From NCBI GenBank assembly GCA_963719515.1, contig CAVRCJ010000008.1, positions 90,911 through 154,910 of the forward strand: a stretch of DNA of 64,000 bases, given 5' to 3'. Position 1 is the first letter of the stretch, and every line of letters begins with the position of its first letter. The DNA is from an uncultured cyanobacterium (GTDB lineage: Bacteria > Cyanobacteriota > Cyanobacteriia > CAKZMO01). The translations under genes were made by a program, and so were the position numbers. This document shows positions 49,129 through 58,999 of this stretch, one piece after another. A model generated the notes under the pieces. The model searched no databases, was not told the DNA's origin, and saw nothing but the letters and a program-made list of their open reading frames with translations.

Positions 49129-49600
49129 TAGCAGTCCTGTTTGATTTATGAGGAGGAGCATACATGTGCAGTTTGTGGAAATCGAAGGTGTCCAGCCTGA
49201 AGAACTGCTCAAACAGGGCTTTAAGTGCCGGAAACGATGGACACAACCCAGACATCCGCCTAAGCCACGTCTTGCCTTGAAGCAAAGCATCTTCAATAGG
49301 ATTCTGAGTCGGGTCATTCGGGGCGAACTGAACACAGTGAATCTTCCATTGTTCTTGCGTGAGTCCCGCGTTCACCTGGGCTAGATACTCCTTAAGTTCG
49401 CCAGAGCGATAATAGCTGGCCCCATCCCACAGAATGAGTAGCCGCTGGTGGGGAAACTGAGCTTGCAAAGACTTCAGGTAATCAATAGTACAAGCAGTGT
49501 TGCCCTTCTCGTGCGCTTCGATAAACAACCGCTTGCTCACTAGGTCCACTGCCCCGTAGTAGGTTTGGCGCTCTCGCTCATTGACAACCGGCACTACCGC
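49129..49600 (-). mobile_element. IS630-family transposase, 3' fragment
   Basis: End TAGCAGTCC after a TA site; NERERQTYYGA, LWDGASY, APNDPTQNPIE; 5' part missing. Confidence 0.82.
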
Positions 49601-50244
49601 CCATAAAGCGGCGATCGCTCCACCACTACGAAAAGCAGCTCCGCCACACCAAAACTCAGATCCAAGACCTGATGCGCCTGCAGGCCAGCCAGTCCCCCAC
49701 AAGACATCTACTGGAAAAGCAAACCCAGCTCGACTACCAGCGCCGCTGGCTCCCCTCCCAAACCCAGTCTCTAATGCCCACCCAGCTAGGCAACATCCTC
49801 CACGCCGCCGAACTGCGCCCCGAGGCCAAATACGGCCTTAACGCCATCGTCTGCTGGCCCCACCTGTGGATGCTGCTGCCCGACCACCCCAGAAGCGACC
49901 TGCAAGAGACCAGAGCCAGCCTCAACACCGCCGCCCGCGTTTGGCTTTGGGGTCTGCTGCTCTGGTTCTGGGCATTCTTCGGCCCCTGGACACCCTGGGC
50001 ACTCTTGGCCCTCCCCCTCGGATTCGCCACCATGGTCTTCGCCTATCGTTGGGCGCTATCCACCGCCCGCAGCTACGGCGACCTCCTAGACGCCGCCTTC
50101 GACCTCTACCGAGGCGAACTGTACAAAGCCCTCAGATGGCCCCTGCCAGAAAGCTCAGATACCGAAAAAGCCATGGGCCAGCAGCTCAGCCAATATCTGT
50201 GGCGCGGCCCCGTGCATCCAATTTCTTATCACGACTACGAATAA
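49601..50244 (+). pseudogene. 5'-truncated membrane protein
   Basis: The frame is open from the IS630 junction (IKRRSLHHYEKQL...); PTQLGNILHAAE.RP..KYGL...CWP.LW, YGDLLDAAFDLYR..LY. Confidence 0.65.
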
Positions 50245-50340
50245 CTGCGATTGAGTCAGCCGAAACCGATAAGAAAAGACAACTAACTCCTTTCTCCTAA
50301 GCACGGTCTGCATCACCAAGGCCCGCTTGAGTCGTTTGCC

Positions 50341-51765
50341 TTAAGCGGGCTGAATCTCTAGAACTCCCATCATGCCCTGGTCCTCGTGGTCGAGAATGTG
50401 GCAGTGGTACACCGTGCGCCCAGCAAAGTCATCAAATCGGACTCGAATGGTGACACTTTCATAGCCCTTCAGGCCCACGGTATCTTTCCAGGCGCGCGTC
50501 GGTTCAGGGCGGCCATTGCGCTCTAGAACCTGAAAGCGATTGGTGTGCAAGTGAAACGGATGATCGATGCTGGCCTTGTTGATGATGCGCCAATCTTCCA
50601 CATCGTTGAGGCGAACGCGGGTGTTGACGCGGCCCATGGTAAAAGACTGACCATTGATCGTGAAGCCGGTCGATGGAGCGGTAGCATCGAGGCCATGGTC
50701 TAGCAAAAATTCGCGGGTTGCTTGAGGCTCGGGCAGCGGCTCTACCGGAATAAGCTGCTTCGGCAGCGGCAGCGGGTCAGGGCGATCGCCTTCCCCATAC
50801 CGCAGGGTAGCGACCGTGGTTTGGGTCGGCTGCACCACCCCCACCATTTGCTTGGCGGCATCCCCCAATGCTGAGCGGCTCTCAGCCAGACCGCGATCGT
50901 AGGGCAAGCTGATTAGTGGGTATTCTCCTGGCTCCCGCTTCCCTGAAATCAGCACCTCAGCGCGTTCTCCAGGCGAAAGGAGCAGCGTCTCAAGTTCAGT
51001 AGGTTCAGCGATCGCCCCTCGGTCCGTTGCTATTAGATACCAGGGATGGTCCTGGAGCCGAAGCTGGTAGATGCGAGAGGTCGAGGCATTGATCAGTCGC
51101 AGCCGCAACAGGCCGTTGCGTGGCAAATCGAGGGTAGGGTTCTGTTGACCATTGGCCAGGATAAGACTCCCCTCTCGTCCCCACCGCTTGGCCAGTGGAT
51201 GCGGATCTTGGAGCGCTTGCGGCGAATCAAGTACGTCCTGCAGCAGTAGCAGCGCCTCGTCAGCCTGCTGAATTTCAGGAATCTCATCCAACTCCCCTCG
51301 AATGATCAGCGGCCCGGCTAAACCGCCGAAGACCTGCGGGGCGACGTTAAGGTGATAGTGGGGATGATACCAAGCGGTCACGGCGGGGTGGTTGTCTGGT
51401 ATCTGAAACTCGTAGGTGTACTGCTCTCCAGGGGCGACCTCTCGAAACACATCATCGATTTGAGGAGAGATATGGAGGCCGTGGTAGTGGAGGTTGGTGG
51501 CGGTGTCGAGGGCGTTGCTGAGGGTCAAGCGCACTGTATCGCCCCCGCGGGCTTCGAGCAAAGGGCCAGGCAATTGACGGTTGTAGGACAGCAGATTAAC
51601 AGATTTTCCAGATAGAGTTTGCCTGCTGGGCTGAGCTGCAAGCGAAACCTCTAGCAGGCCCTCGGTGCTCGCCACAGAACTAATGACGGGGGTACGAGCA
51701 CACCGAGATATCACCGGCGCACTTGATGCCGCAGCCATGAGCCAGAGAAATTGACGACGTTGCAT
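50341..51765 (-). CDS. Multicopper oxidase (CueO/SufI-like), Tat-exported
   Basis: QRRQFL signal; NLHYHG, WYHPH, HPFHLH, YHCHILDHEDQGMM. Confidence 0.93.
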   Translation of the reverse strand: MQRRQFLWLMAAASSAPVISRCARTPVISSVASTEGLLEVSLAAQPSRQTLSGKSVNLLSYNRQLPGPLLEARGGDTVRLTLSNALDTATNLHYHGLHISPQIDDVFREVAPGEQYTYEFQIPDNHPAVTAWYHPHYHLNVAPQVFGGLAGPLIIRGELDEIPEIQQADEALLLLQDVLDSPQALQDPHPLAKRWGREGSLILANGQQNPTLDLPRNGLLRLRLINASTSRIYQLRLQDHPWYLIATDRGAIAEPTELETLLLSPGERAEVLISGKREPGEYPLISLPYDRGLAESRSALGDAAKQMVGVVQPTQTTVATLRYGEGDRPDPLPLPKQLIPVEPLPEPQATREFLLDHGLDATAPSTGFTINGQSFTMGRVNTRVRLNDVEDWRIINKASIDHPFHLHTNRFQVLERNGRPEPTRAWKDTVGLKGYESVTIRVRFDDFAGRTVYHCHILDHEDQGMMGVLEIQPA

Positions 51766-51770
51766 AAACT

Positions 51771-51945
51771 CTAATCGGCCTTAATCTCTAGGACTCCCAT
51801 CATGCCACGGTCTTCGTGGTCCAGGACATGGCAGTGATAGACGGTTCTCCCGACATAGTCGCGGCAGGGAATGCGAATGCGGACGCGATCGCCTGGGCTG
51901 ACGGAGACAATATCTTTCCAGGCTGCATAGGGCGCGACCGTTGAT
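51771..51945 (-). pseudogene. C-terminal remnant of a second multicopper oxidase
   Basis: Manual translation AAWKDIVSVSPGDRVRIRIPCRDYVGRTVYHCHVLDHEDRGMMGVLEIKAD*; no upstream body. Confidence 0.85.
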
Positions 51946-52040
51946 TGCTTTCATAGGTGAGTTATAGCAATTTCCACTTACCTGAGGCGCGGATTTGGGG
52001 GATGGTGGCGCGGTGCGCCGCAGGGTTTAGCGCCCTGGAA

Positions 52041-52243
52041 GCCCCTATCCCTATCCCTTCCCCCAATTATGAGCTACTAAGTACACACATCTTGGCTATG
52101 CGGCTCAAGCATTGCTTTACCCCCCTCAATCTCCCCTGCGTCCTGCGGACACGCTCCGCGAAAGGAAAGGGGGAGATTGAGGGGGTTTTCCGAGACGCTA
52201 AACATATACCCCAAGATTGGGAGAGGCGTCGGGGGTGAGGGCC
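52041..52243. repeat. Nested REP-like palindromic elements
   Basis: Outer GCCCCTATCCC...GGGAGAGGCGTCGGGGGTGAGGGC; inner CCCCCTCAATCTCCCC ... GGGGAGATTGAGGGGG. Confidence 0.6.
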
Positions 52244-52429
52244 TTCGACACGCTAAACAGATACGGTGCGCCACCACCCCCTGTCCTCCACCAGCGTGAA
52301 AAACGCTGCAGATAAGCCAATTGGGTCTGCTCAATAATTTCATTTTGGCGTTTTTAGGTCAGGGAGACGAGCGAGAGGGTGACAGTTTTTAAATAACAAA
52401 GGCGCTAATCTTGTTTCTACCAGACCCAA

Positions 52430-52446
52430 ATGAAATCAAAATGAAA
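52430..52446 (-). promoter_or_regulatory. CopR-type direct repeat TTTCAT-N5-TTTCAT
   Basis: ATGAAA-TCAAA-ATGAAA on +; faces the multicopper oxidase genes. Confidence 0.65.
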
Positions 52447-52580
52447 TTTCCCTACTTCCTATGACAGAAACTCTAATTCTCTCTATTGGTAGGTGCTGCG
52501 GCGTGTAATTTTTCGCTAATTCTTTACTACACAGCAGCTTGAGAAACGTTCATCACATCAACTCTCATACGAAAATCCCA

Positions 52581-53159
52581 ATGACAACTAGCGACAGCGC
52601 CATCGACGACCGCACAGATGCTAAGCACCACAAAGGTATGCAAAGCAGCTACATCAAATTCTTTGCAATGATTGGCACCTCAATCATTACGATGTTTTTC
52701 TTAATGTATCTGCACTCCTATCAAATATTAGACCATGCCTGGTTTAGCGAAACGCGGGTTTTTATGGCCCTGATTATGGGTGCTGCGATGATGGTTATCA
52801 TGCTGTCGTACATGCTGCACATGTATAAAAGTCGTACCGTAAACGTTGCTATCTACGTGGGCGCAATTATCTTGTTTGGAGCTTCGCTATGGCTCGTTCG
52901 TAGCCAAATCACGGTCAGCGATGTGGACTACATGGAAGGTATGATTCCGCACCATTCCATTGCTATTTTGACGAGCGAGCGAGCTCAAATTGAGGATCTA
53001 CGGGTTCGAGAGCTGGCGGATGAAATCATCGACGCCCAACGACGCGAGATTAAAGAAATGGAGTGGCTGATTTCTGATATCCGAGAAAATGGCCTGGTCA
53101 CCATGCAATCCGAATTGGCGGGAAGATCGGTGCCGGACTTTGCTCCTACGCCCGAATAA
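52581..53159 (+). CDS. DUF305 domain membrane protein
   Basis: TM segments, then YMEGMIPHHSIAILTS...IIDAQRREIKEM. Confidence 0.85.
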   Translation: MTTSDSAIDDRTDAKHHKGMQSSYIKFFAMIGTSIITMFFLMYLHSYQILDHAWFSETRVFMALIMGAAMMVIMLSYMLHMYKSRTVNVAIYVGAIILFGASLWLVRSQITVSDVDYMEGMIPHHSIAILTSERAQIEDLRVRELADEIIDAQRREIKEMEWLISDIRENGLVTMQSELAGRSVPDFAPTPE

Positions 53160-53603
53160 ACCAAAACCATTGTGGAAAGCGAAGTTTTCCCTACAAAGAA
53201 AACTCCACTTCGTGACATCCTCCCGACGCTGGCAGCAAGCTGTACAGCGCGAGCTTCCTCAGTGACTCCCAGCTATTGCCGGGACATATCCTGAGATAGG
53301 TTTATACTCCGCCTGATGCCCCACGGCAGAGTTTTGAATTTTCATCTCCGCGAGGGAGGATACGCACTATGTGTCGCAGATACATTTGCAAACTGAGGAA
53401 CGGGTGACTTGCAGCTTTCGCCTACGGGCCCGTCACACTCTTTGCGGGGTGTATCATCTTGCTATCTCTAGTATACCAACTGCTAGCCTCAGCGCTGCCC
53501 GCACCATCCGCTGTGCATCATTTTGCGGGCGCACTTCGGCTAGCGCGACTCTCATCCCGACGCACACCCTAACGGTTAGAGCGCGGGGCTTCTCGTCTAG
53601 TCG

Positions 53604-53945
53604 CTAAGCGGCCATCTGGCGGCAGGATTCTGCACAGCGGCGGCAGGACTCAGCGCAGCGCTGACAGTGGTCGGAATCGTGCTTGCCGCATTCCTCAGCA
53701 CAGCGATCGCAGGCTTCGGCGCAGGCCCGACAGAGGTAGGTGTGGATTTCGGACTGGCGCATCATGAACCGAGCGCAGATGGCGCAGGTGTCGGCGCAGT
53801 CGCGGCAGCGCTTGATGCACTCGGCCATCATCTGCACGCTGTCGCTGCTAAGACAAGATGTCACGCAGTTTTCGCAGTCCTGTAGGCACGCGAGGCAAGC
53901 TTCAATGCATGCGGCCATGTCGCTGCTAGATTGAGTGGCGACCAT
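53604..53945 (-). CDS. Four-helix-bundle copper storage protein (Csp3/DUF326)
   Basis: Repeated CxxxCxxC; HCQRCAESCRRCAESC. Confidence 0.9.
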   Translation of the reverse strand: MVATQSSSDMAACIEACLACLQDCENCVTSCLSSDSVQMMAECIKRCRDCADTCAICARFMMRQSEIHTYLCRACAEACDRCAEECGKHDSDHCQRCAESCRRCAESCRQMAA

Positions 53946-54101
53946 AGATCAACTCCTTGCATTCAAAATTATACGACAATAAGAATCTAGCTTGAGCGTC
54001 GCCGTCGGTTCATCTATCAACAAGCGGAGTCCGAAACTAAGGCAAGGAAGATTAGCAGCTCAAGCCAAAAACATCACAGCTTAGCGCGCTATCGCCAAAC
54101 T

Positions 54102-54118
54102 GTGAAATCAGAATGAAA
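54102..54118 (-). promoter_or_regulatory. CopR-type direct repeat
   Basis: Minus strand TTTCAT-TCTGA-TTTCAC, followed after 18 nt by TAAGCT; faces the Csp gene. Confidence 0.65.
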
Positions 54119-54358
54119 TTAGACTATCTCTTAAGGTACAAACTTTTATTGACTCCTTGGGTGGGGCTCAGGGAACGTGCAGTTTGTTACGCTTAGATTG
54201 TTCAACGCTATCAATTGAGCAGGTGTTAAATAAAATAACCACTGCATAGATACTGAAGTAGTCGAGTGTTATATAGAGCGGAGCTAAACGATACGTTGTT
54301 ACACCGAACTACTTAGAAGAAACAGGCAGTCTTGAAGCCAGATCAGGAGGAGATACAG

Positions 54359-55183
54359 GTGACCGCTACTAATACCGACACTAAGGGGCCAAAGGCTGGC
54401 CAATCCGTCCAGGTATACCGCATGTCGATGCCAGAGCACGAATGCCCCTGGGGACTGCGGGCCATCAACCTGCTTAATGAGCAGGGAATCGAATTTGAAG
54501 ACCACAGGCTCACCTCTAAAGAAGAGGTGGAGGCATTTAAGGCAAAGCACAACGTGCCCACGACGCCGCAAATCTTCTTTGGCAGCGATCGCATCGGTGG
54601 CTATTCCGACCTAGCAGAGCGTTTCGACGTCGAGGCGGAAGAATCTGAGTACTCCTATACCCCCGTCGTAGCAATCTTTTCAACCGCCGGTCTGATTGCC
54701 CTAGCAGCATCACTGGGAATGACCGGTTTCATGGGGGTAGCGCTCTCGATGCTGGCATCGCTAAAGCTGATGGACCTGGAGTCGTTCACCGAGAGCTTTG
54801 AGAAATACGACCTGATTACCCAGCGGGTAAAGCCCTACGGCAAAGCCTTCCCGTTTCTAGAACTGCTGCTGGGGCTGGGGTATCTTTCCGGGATTGCTCC
54901 AATTGCAACCGGCATTGGGTCACTGGTTATTGGTACTAGCGGGGCGGCGTCTGTTTTTAAGGCGGTTTACATCGATAAGAAGGAGCTAAACTGCGCCTGC
55001 GTGGGCGGCAATTCTAGCGCACCGCTGGGCGTGGTTAGTTTTCTTGAGAACGCCATTATGATCGTGATGGGTGTGGTGCTGCTGGTGTCGGCGGCGACCT
55101 CCGATACGGCTAGGCTCAACGAGCACCCCGAAGTGGCATTGGAGCCTGAACGGCTTGAACTCCTGCGGCCCAGCGCTGACTAG
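54359..55183 (+). CDS. Glutaredoxin-MauE/DoxX fusion membrane protein
   Basis: HECPWG, TTPQIF...IGGY, LKLMDLESF...YDL, LNCACVGG...PLG.VSFLEN; RBS AGGAGG before GTG. Confidence 0.85.
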   Translation: MTATNTDTKGPKAGQSVQVYRMSMPEHECPWGLRAINLLNEQGIEFEDHRLTSKEEVEAFKAKHNVPTTPQIFFGSDRIGGYSDLAERFDVEAEESEYSYTPVVAIFSTAGLIALAASLGMTGFMGVALSMLASLKLMDLESFTESFEKYDLITQRVKPYGKAFPFLELLLGLGYLSGIAPIATGIGSLVIGTSGAASVFKAVYIDKKELNCACVGGNSSAPLGVVSFLENAIMIVMGVVLLVSAATSDTARLNEHPEVALEPERLELLRPSAD

Positions 55184-55198
55184 CTCCATGTCGGTGCC

Positions 55199-55540
55199 TC
55201 AACTGGCTATCGGCAGCGTAATTGTAAATGTGCTGCCTTGACCAACTTGGCTCTGCACCTGGATCTTACCGCCATGAGACGCCGCGATCGCTTGGGCAAT
55301 AGAAAGCCCTAGCCCAGAGCCACCGCTCTGGCGCGATCGCCCCTTGTTGACTCGGTAGAAGCGATCGAAAATGTGGCGCTGGTCCTTAGGGTCAATGCCA
55401 ATGCTGGCATCCTCCACCACCACGAGCGCTTGTCCCTCCATCTGCTTTAGACGAATGGCAACCTTGCCATTTTCGGGCGTGTGCTGCAGAGCATTGCTGA
55501 CGACGTTCAGCATCAGCCGGTAGAGGTGAGCTTCATTCCC
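55199..55540 (-). pseudogene. Histidine kinase remnant (HATPase_c only; CopS/RppB-like)
   Basis: NVVSNALQHT, IFDRFYRV, GGSGLGLSIA; no H-box or sensor region upstream. Confidence 0.75.
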
Positions 55541-55553
55541 GGGGAGTGAGCTT

Positions 55554-55570
55554 TTTCACTTCCATTTCAC
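55554..55570 (+). promoter_or_regulatory. CopR-type direct repeat
   Basis: TTTCAC-TTCCA-TTTCAC, followed after 18 nt by TAAGCT; faces the DUF411 gene. Confidence 0.62.
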
Positions 55571-55630
55571 AATCGTCTGTAAGTCTCGTAAGCTAAGGGC
55601 AACCTGTCAAAACCACGTCCAGTATAAAAT

Positions 55631-55887
55631 ATGATGAATCGCCGCTTGTTTACATCCGGACTGCTTTTTTCGGGACTAATTGCTACCACTATTGCCGTGG
55701 CAGGATGTTCCGCTGCCGATGATCCAGCAGCTCAAACCACCGCCGACTCGGTTCAGCACGTTGCTGCGGACACCGAACTCATCGTGTTTCGCAGCCCGAC
55801 CTGCGGCTGCTGCGGCAAGTGGATTGAGCATATGGAAGCGGCAGGCTTTCGGGTGAAGGATGAAGTCACCGAGGATATGACGGCGAT
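55631..55887 (+). pseudogene. DUF411 metal-binding protein, truncated at the junction
   Basis: Signal peptide, VFRSPTCGCCGKWIEHMEAAGF...EDMTA, then unrelated sequence; the SCHT/EGHVP half is missing. Confidence 0.82.
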
Positions 55888-55919
55888 GAGTTTTGGATTT
55901 TCGATTTTCGGCGGGCGGC

Positions 55920-56258
55920 TTAAGCGCGTCCGAACTTCCTCAGAATGGCGATGGATTTTTTGTCCCAACCCGCGGCAGCAACGACGTAGATGCCGGCGAG
56001 GATCCAGGCCATGGCGAATTGAGAAAGCGCGAACAGGTAGGCCGCGTTCACGTCGCCCCAGACCGGTCGGCTCATCATCTCGGGAAACCAGCCGACCAGG
56101 ATCGGGAGCGTGAAGTAGTAGACGATGAAGAAAATCGTCGCCGGAACGACGAAGGCAGCTTTCTGCTTGAGGAGCGCTCGGAAGTCGGCGTCGGCTTCGA
56201 TGGCATTCCAATCAGCGGTCACTGGGTCGCCTGGCGGCGGAGGGGTCGGGGAGGACAT
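55920..56258 (-). CDS. DUF485 (YjcH-like) membrane protein
   Basis: WNAIEADADFRALLK...FVVPATIFF...YLFALSQF.MAW..A..YV..A..WD. Confidence 0.85.
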   Translation of the reverse strand: MSSPTPPPPGDPVTADWNAIEADADFRALLKQKAAFVVPATIFFIVYYFTLPILVGWFPEMMSRPVWGDVNAAYLFALSQFAMAWILAGIYVVAAAGWDKKSIAILRKFGRA

Positions 56259-56327
56259 TGGGGGCAAGCTAGGTAGCGGCAAGGGAAGTGTCGAGTCTCA
56301 CAACAATTCGCGCGGGGGCATTGCATA

Positions 56328-57134
56328 ATGTTGGAGATTCAGCGTTTATTTCGCGCGATGTTGCGATTCTTTGGCCGGCCGGGCCTCGAAATTATTGGCG
56401 GACTTGGCGACTACGCGCTCTTTACCGGGCGAGCGTTTGGTGCTGCCGTCGGATCGCGGCGGCTATCCCGACGAGTGGCGCGCGCCATTTACGAGCAGGG
56501 TACGCTGTGTCTACCGGTGATTCTGATCGTGGGGGTTTTCACGGGGCTGGTCTTGGGTCTGCAGGGATATTACGTGCTGAATCGCTTCGGGTCGGAGGGA
56601 TTGCTCGGCGCGTTGGTGTCTCTCAGTCTCGTGCGAGAAATGGCCCCCGTGCTGGCGGCCTTGATGTTGGTCGGGCAAGCCGGATCCGCTCTGGCGGCGG
56701 AGCTCGGGATGCAGCGGAACACGGAACAGATTGTCGCACTGGAGACGATGGGCGTCAGTAGTCACGGTTACCTCGTGGCGCCGCGTTTGATCGCGGCCGT
56801 GATCACGTTCCCGATTCAGACCGCGCTGTTTGTGGCGATCGGGTTGTGGGGCGGGAGTTTGTCGGGGTCGTTGCTGTTGGGCGTCGAGCCGGGAGTTTAC
56901 TGGTCGTCCGTCGAGCGGGCGGTGGGGTCGCGCGACGTTTGGGAGTGTTTCTTGAAGGCGACGGCCTTCGGGATCCTCACCATGAGTGTCTGCGCCTATC
57001 ACGGTTTTAATTCCCACCGCTTCCGCGGCGAGATCGGTGCGCGGGCGGTCAGCGCGGCGACCACCCGGGCCGTTGTGCAGGCGAGCATTATCGTCCTGGC
57101 TGCGGACTACATCATCACTTCGTTTTTGGTCTAA
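56328..57134 (+). CDS. mlaE: Phospholipid ABC transporter permease MlaE
   Basis: VREMAPVLAALMLVGQAGSALAAELG.Q...EQIVALETMG, YLVAPR, ATTRAVV. Confidence 0.92.
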   Translation: MLEIQRLFRAMLRFFGRPGLEIIGGLGDYALFTGRAFGAAVGSRRLSRRVARAIYEQGTLCLPVILIVGVFTGLVLGLQGYYVLNRFGSEGLLGALVSLSLVREMAPVLAALMLVGQAGSALAAELGMQRNTEQIVALETMGVSSHGYLVAPRLIAAVITFPIQTALFVAIGLWGGSLSGSLLLGVEPGVYWSSVERAVGSRDVWECFLKATAFGILTMSVCAYHGFNSHRFRGEIGARAVSAATTRAVVQASIIVLAADYIITSFLV

Positions 57135-57940
57135 TGGAGAATGTCGCCCCAACGACTCCGCTACTTCAAGTGGACGGTCTGCAGAAACGCTTCGGCGAGA
57201 AGGTCGTGTTGGCGGGCGTCGGGCTGGAAGTCGCTCGCGGCAGTGTCTCCACGGTGCTGGGGCCGAGCGGTGCCGGGAAATCGGTGCTCCTGAAATGCCT
57301 GGCTGACATCGAGCGGCCGGACGCGGGGACGATCACTTTTGACGGGCGGGAATTGAGGTCGAGCGATCCGCAAACGATTCAGGATTTCCGGCGGCGTTGC
57401 AGTTTCCTCTTTCAAGGCAACGCGTTGTTCGACTCGATGACAGCGCTTGAGAACGTGGCGTTGCCGTTGGAGCAGACGTCGGAGGCTCCGACGGAGGAAA
57501 TCAGGGAGCGCAGCTTGGAAGCACTGAGGCAGCTTGAGCTGCAAGAGCACGCGGCGAAGTTTCCCGGGCAGCTTTCCGGCGGCATGCAGAAGCGTTTGGC
57601 ACTTGCGAGGGCGATCGTCACGAGACCGGAGTTGGTCTTTTTCGATGAACCCACGGCCGGTCTCGATCCGCTGAGGCGCAACGCCGTCTTTGCTATGATC
57701 GCAAAGTATCAGCTTCAGTTTGGCTTCACCGCCTTGATCGTGACCCACGATGTGGTCGAAGCCTTGGTCGTGAGCGATCGGGTGGCGTTGCTGCAAAAAG
57801 GGAGAATGTGCTTCGAAGGCACACCCGCGGAGTTCTCGGCGAGCGATCATCCCATCGTTCGGGGATTCCGCGACAGCGCGGAGGCACTTGGCAGCGCGCT
57901 TGCATCAATCCGCGCTGGCGAGGACACTCCGACCGAATAA
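57134..57940 (+). CDS. mlaF: Phospholipid ABC transporter ATPase MlaF
   Basis: [37 protein letters not shown]. Confidence 0.9.
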   Translation: MENVAPTTPLLQVDGLQKRFGEKVVLAGVGLEVARGSVSTVLGPSGAGKSVLLKCLADIERPDAGTITFDGRELRSSDPQTIQDFRRRCSFLFQGNALFDSMTALENVALPLEQTSEAPTEEIRERSLEALRQLELQEHAAKFPGQLSGGMQKRLALARAIVTRPELVFFDEPTAGLDPLRRNAVFAMIAKYQLQFGFTALIVTHDVVEALVVSDRVALLQKGRMCFEGTPAEFSASDHPIVRGFRDSAEALGSALASIRAGEDTPTE

Positions 57941-57944
57941 TTTC

Positions 57945-58421
57945 ATGAATCAATCCAAACTCGAACTCCTCGTCGGCTTTTTCGTTCTGCTTGGGATCGT
58001 CGCCATTGGCTACCTAGCGATCAAGCTTGGGACGGGATCGTTGCTCGGCGGTGGGACCTACGAGCTTGAAGCGCGGTTTGCGAATGCGGGCGGGTTAAAC
58101 GTGGGCAGCAGCGTGATGCTGGCTGGTGTCGCGGTCGGACGGGTCGAGGCGATCGAAATTGATCCCGAGGACTACAGCGCGATTGCGACCCTGCGGGTGC
58201 GCGACGCCATCGAGTTTTCCACCGACACCATGGCTTCGATCAAGACCACCGGACTGATCGGAGACAAATACGTCGCGCTGGCTCCCGGTGCGGACGAAGC
58301 GATGATGGTCGAGGGCGACCGGATCACGATGACGGAGTCGTCGGTGGATCTGGAATCCTTGATCGGCAAGATGGCTTTCGGCAATGTTGACGCCGAAAGC
58401 GAAACTGAAACGACCCCATGA
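57945..58421 (+). CDS. mlaD: MCE-domain protein MlaD
   Basis: ELLVGFFV, FANAGGL, AGVAVGRV, TTGLIGDKYV, DLESLIGK. Confidence 0.92.
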   Translation: MNQSKLELLVGFFVLLGIVAIGYLAIKLGTGSLLGGGTYELEARFANAGGLNVGSSVMLAGVAVGRVEAIEIDPEDYSAIATLRVRDAIEFSTDTMASIKTTGLIGDKYVALAPGADEAMMVEGDRITMTESSVDLESLIGKMAFGNVDAESETETTP

Positions 58422-58999
58422 AACTACGTGCTCTCTTACTCCTCCTGTCCACACTGCTGATCTGCGGATCGGCACTGGCTGCCTCGAATGTCGCGACCGC
58501 CGAGTCGAAGCTGAAAAAATCCATCGACGATGTGTTGGCGGTGGCACAAAGGAGTTCCGGCGGTGATCTGGCTGAAAAGCTTCGCCCAACGTTGACGCGG
58601 GCGATCAGCTTCGACGCGATGACCCGGCGGGCGGTTGGGCCGGGCTGGCGGAAGTTTTCCAGCGGTCAGCGTAGCGAGGCTACGAAGCTCTTCACGACAC
58701 TGATCATTCGGACCTACAGCGCGAAGCTGACGCCAGGCGAGACTCCTCAGATCAAGATCAAATCCGCATCGGAGACTGCTGCGGGTCGAGTCGAAGTGCC
58801 GACTACGCTTTTTTACAAGGGAAGTGATTACAATGTGGCTTATCGGCTCGAGAAAGCTGAGGGTTGGAAGATAACCGACGTTGTGATCGAGGGAGTGAGT
58901 CTGATCGCGAACTACCGAACTCAATTCGATAACGAATACAAACAAGGAGGGGCCGACGCGGTGATCTCCGCACTGAAGCAATCCGTCGCCCGACCCTAA
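58418..58999 (+). CDS. mlaC: Phospholipid-binding protein MlaC (Ttg2D)
   Basis: FDAMTRRAVG..W, WKITDVVIEGVSLIANYRTQF. Confidence 0.9.
   Translation: MKLRALLLLLSTLLICGSALAASNVATAESKLKKSIDDVLAVAQRSSGGDLAEKLRPTLTRAISFDAMTRRAVGPGWRKFSSGQRSEATKLFTTLIIRTYSAKLTPGETPQIKIKSASETAAGRVEVPTTLFYKGSDYNVAYRLEKAEGWKITDVVIEGVSLIANYRTQFDNEYKQGGADAVISALKQSVARP

Noticed and set aside
1..55340. Frequent GCGATCGC as a novel repeat
   Set aside because: This is the well-known cyanobacterial HIP1 palindrome; used only as a taxonomic marker.
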